A stretch of DNA of 37,123 bases from a virus (taxonomy: Duplodnaviria > Heunggongvirae > Uroviricota > Caudoviricetes): positions 1 to 37,123 of IMG/VR virus record IMGVR_UViG_2713896795_000003. One strand, 5' to 3'. The translations under genes were made by a program, and so were the position numbers. Position 1 is the first letter of the stretch; each line of letters begins with the position of its first letter. Below, one piece after another: positions 35,408-37,123 of the stretch. A model generated the notes under the pieces. That model saw nothing but the letters and a program-made list of their open reading frames with translations. It was not told the origin of the DNA and did not search any database.

Positions 35408-35884
35408 TTAACTAAACATCGCAGTAATCGAGGCACTCGCCAGAGAGTGAAAATGAACGTTAAACCCGACCATCGCGCCGCTGGCACCTTCATCGACATC
35501 AATACGTTCTACATCCAGCGCGTGAACGGTAAAAATGTAGCGATGGGTTTCGCCTTTCGGCGGCGCTGCGCCATCGTACCCGGTTTTACCAAAGTCGGTA
35601 CGCGTCTGCAAAACGCCGTCTGGCATAGCTACCAGACCAGAGCCAAACCCTTGCGGTAATACGCGGGTATCAGCGGGTAAATTAACAACTACCCAGTGCC
35701 ACCAGCCGGAGCCGGTTGGCGCATCCGGGTCATAGCAGGTGACAACAAAACTTTTCGTTCCCACAGGAACATCATCCCACGCCAGATGCGGTGAAATATT
35801 ATCGCCATCGTAACCCATGCCGTTAAAGACATGACGATGCGGCAGCTTATCGCCATCGCGCAGATCGTTACTGATGAGTTTCAT
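35408..35884 (-). CDS. ybhB: YbhB (PEBP/RKIP-family protein), host gene
   Basis: 158 aa MKLISNDLRDGDKLPHRHVFNGMGYDGDNISPHLAWDDVP... recognised as E. coli YbhB; GGAGGC SD. Confidence 0.9.
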   Translation of the reverse strand: MKLISNDLRDGDKLPHRHVFNGMGYDGDNISPHLAWDDVPVGTKSFVVTCYDPDAPTGSGWWHWVVVNLPADTRVLPQGFGSGLVAMPDGVLQTRTDFGKTGYDGAAPPKGETHRYIFTVHALDVERIDVDEGASGAMVGFNVHFHSLASASITAMFS

Positions 35885-35992
35885 TAGAATGCCTCCGGGA
35901 AACCTCGGCCTTCAGACCGGGGAGGAAAGGAGGCGGTTTTCCGACTAACTGTACTTTGCATAATCACATTTTCCTCTTTAGTATGTGAACAC

Positions 35993-37123
35993 ATGAAACG
36001 CGCATATAAATACCGGTTTTACCCGACAACTGAGCAGGCTGAGCTTTTAGCTCAGACGTTTGGCTGTGTGCGCTTCGTCTACAATTCCATCCTTCGTTGG
36101 CGTACCGATGCGTACTACGAGCGAAAAGAAAAGATCGGTTATCTACAGGCCAACGCTCGCCTTACGGCGCTCAAAAAAGAGCCTGAATACATATGGCTGA
36201 ATGATGTTTCCTGCGTTCCCCTCCAGCAGTCGTTGCGCCACCAACAAGCCGCCTTTGCTAACTTCTTTGCCGGACGAGCTGCATATCCGGCTTTCAAAAG
36301 CAAACGGCACAAACAGGTGGCTGAGTTCACTGCCAGCGCGTTTAAACACCGTGACGGCGAGTTGTATATAGCAAAGAGCAAGTCGCCGCTGGATGTTCGC
36401 TGGAGTCGAGAATTACCATCTGCGCCGTCAACCGTTACCATTTCCAGAGATAGCGCTGGCAGGTACTTTGTTTCCTGCCTGTGTGAGTTTGAACCTGTAT
36501 CAATGCCTGTTACCGCTAAAACGGTCGGCATTGATGTGGGCTTAAAAGATTTATTCGTCACCGATACCGGATTCAAAACCGACAATCCCCGCCACACCGC
36601 TAAATATGCGAAGCGATTAACGCTGCTACAGCGACGTTTAAGCAGGAAGCAAAAAGGCTCAAGAAACCGTATTAAAGCCCGCTTAAAGGTCGCCCGACTC
36701 CACGCGAAAATCGCCGATTGCCGGATGGACAATCTGCACAAGTTGTCCCGCAAACTGATTAACGAAAACCAAGTTGTTTGCGTCGAATCCCTCAAGGTGA
36801 AAAACATGATCCGCAACCCGAAGCTGTCTAAAGCAATAGCTGACGCAGGCTGGAGCGAACTTGTTCGCCAGCTCCAGTACAAAGGCAAATGGGCCGGGCG
36901 GTCAGTGGTCGCCATTGACCAGTATTTACCGTCCTCAAAATGCTGTAGTTGCTGCGGTTTCACCATGCAAAAAATGCCTCTTAATGTTCGTAAATGGCAC
37001 TGCCCTGAATGCGGCGCAGACCATGATCGCGACATTAACGCGGCACGTAATATTAAAGCTGCCGGGCTGGCAGTGTTAGCCCACGGAGAGCCTGTAAACC
37101 CTGAATCGCAGCACGCGGCTTAG
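35993..37123 (+). CDS. tnpB: TnpB (IS200/IS605-family OrfB, RuvC-like RNA-guided nuclease family)
   Basis: 376 aa; RuvC-I TVGIDVGLKD, RuvC-II VVCVESL, RuvC-III CGADHDRDINAARNI; zinc-finger CSCCG...CPECG; no tnpA in window. Confidence 0.85.
   Translation: MKRAYKYRFYPTTEQAELLAQTFGCVRFVYNSILRWRTDAYYERKEKIGYLQANARLTALKKEPEYIWLNDVSCVPLQQSLRHQQAAFANFFAGRAAYPAFKSKRHKQVAEFTASAFKHRDGELYIAKSKSPLDVRWSRELPSAPSTVTISRDSAGRYFVSCLCEFEPVSMPVTAKTVGIDVGLKDLFVTDTGFKTDNPRHTAKYAKRLTLLQRRLSRKQKGSRNRIKARLKVARLHAKIADCRMDNLHKLSRKLINENQVVCVESLKVKNMIRNPKLSKAIADAGWSELVRQLQYKGKWAGRSVVAIDQYLPSSKCCSCCGFTMQKMPLNVRKWHCPECGADHDRDINAARNIKAAGLAVLAHGEPVNPESQHAA

Noticed and set aside
36139-37035. 298-aa minus-strand ORF
   Set aside because: Antisense to tnpB, whose catalytic motifs are intact on the plus strand
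1-37123. Search by eye for tRNA, rRNA or CRISPR arrays
   Set aside because: No cloverleaf-compatible conserved tRNA motifs in the intergenic regions, no rRNA-like sequence, and no repeat-spacer array beyond the origin iterons

Overview
This window is the right-hand ~35 kb of a mosaic lambdoid prophage with P22/Sf6-like podovirus virion genes, ending at a lambda-type attR (core GCTTTTTTATACTAA, 35312-35326) next to host ybhB and a solo IS200/IS605-family tnpB. Gene order, left to right: early-left operon on the minus strand (Gp157-like?, recT, small coupled ORFs including a cIII-like gene, three unknown genes, N-like antiterminator); immunity region (P22 c2-type repressor, cro, 18-bp TTAAG-type operators, inverted nutL/nutR); lambda-type cII/oop; O-like initiator with an internal iteron origin plus a primase-helicase; nin region (ninB/E/F, ybcO-like, rusA, ninH); Q with pR-prime and a short-range terminator; lysis cassette S-R-Rz/Rz1; KilA-N protein; Sf6-type small/large terminase; portal, scaffold, coat, gp4, gp10, tail needle, gp14, ejection proteins gp7/gp20/gp16; a leftward operon of an Mnt-like RHH repressor plus three unknown genes (two membrane proteins); arc/ant immI-like module; and a 901-aa tailspike with a C-terminal S74-type chaperone domain. 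No rRNA, tRNA or CRISPR array was seen. All homology calls are from reading the translations against remembered reference proteins, not from database searches. The most interesting candidates for undescribed biology are the membrane-protein operon co-oriented with mnt, the unknown gene trio between N and the cIII-like gene, the enlarged arc-ant spacer (extra ORF plus candidate antisense RNA), and the tailspike architecture.
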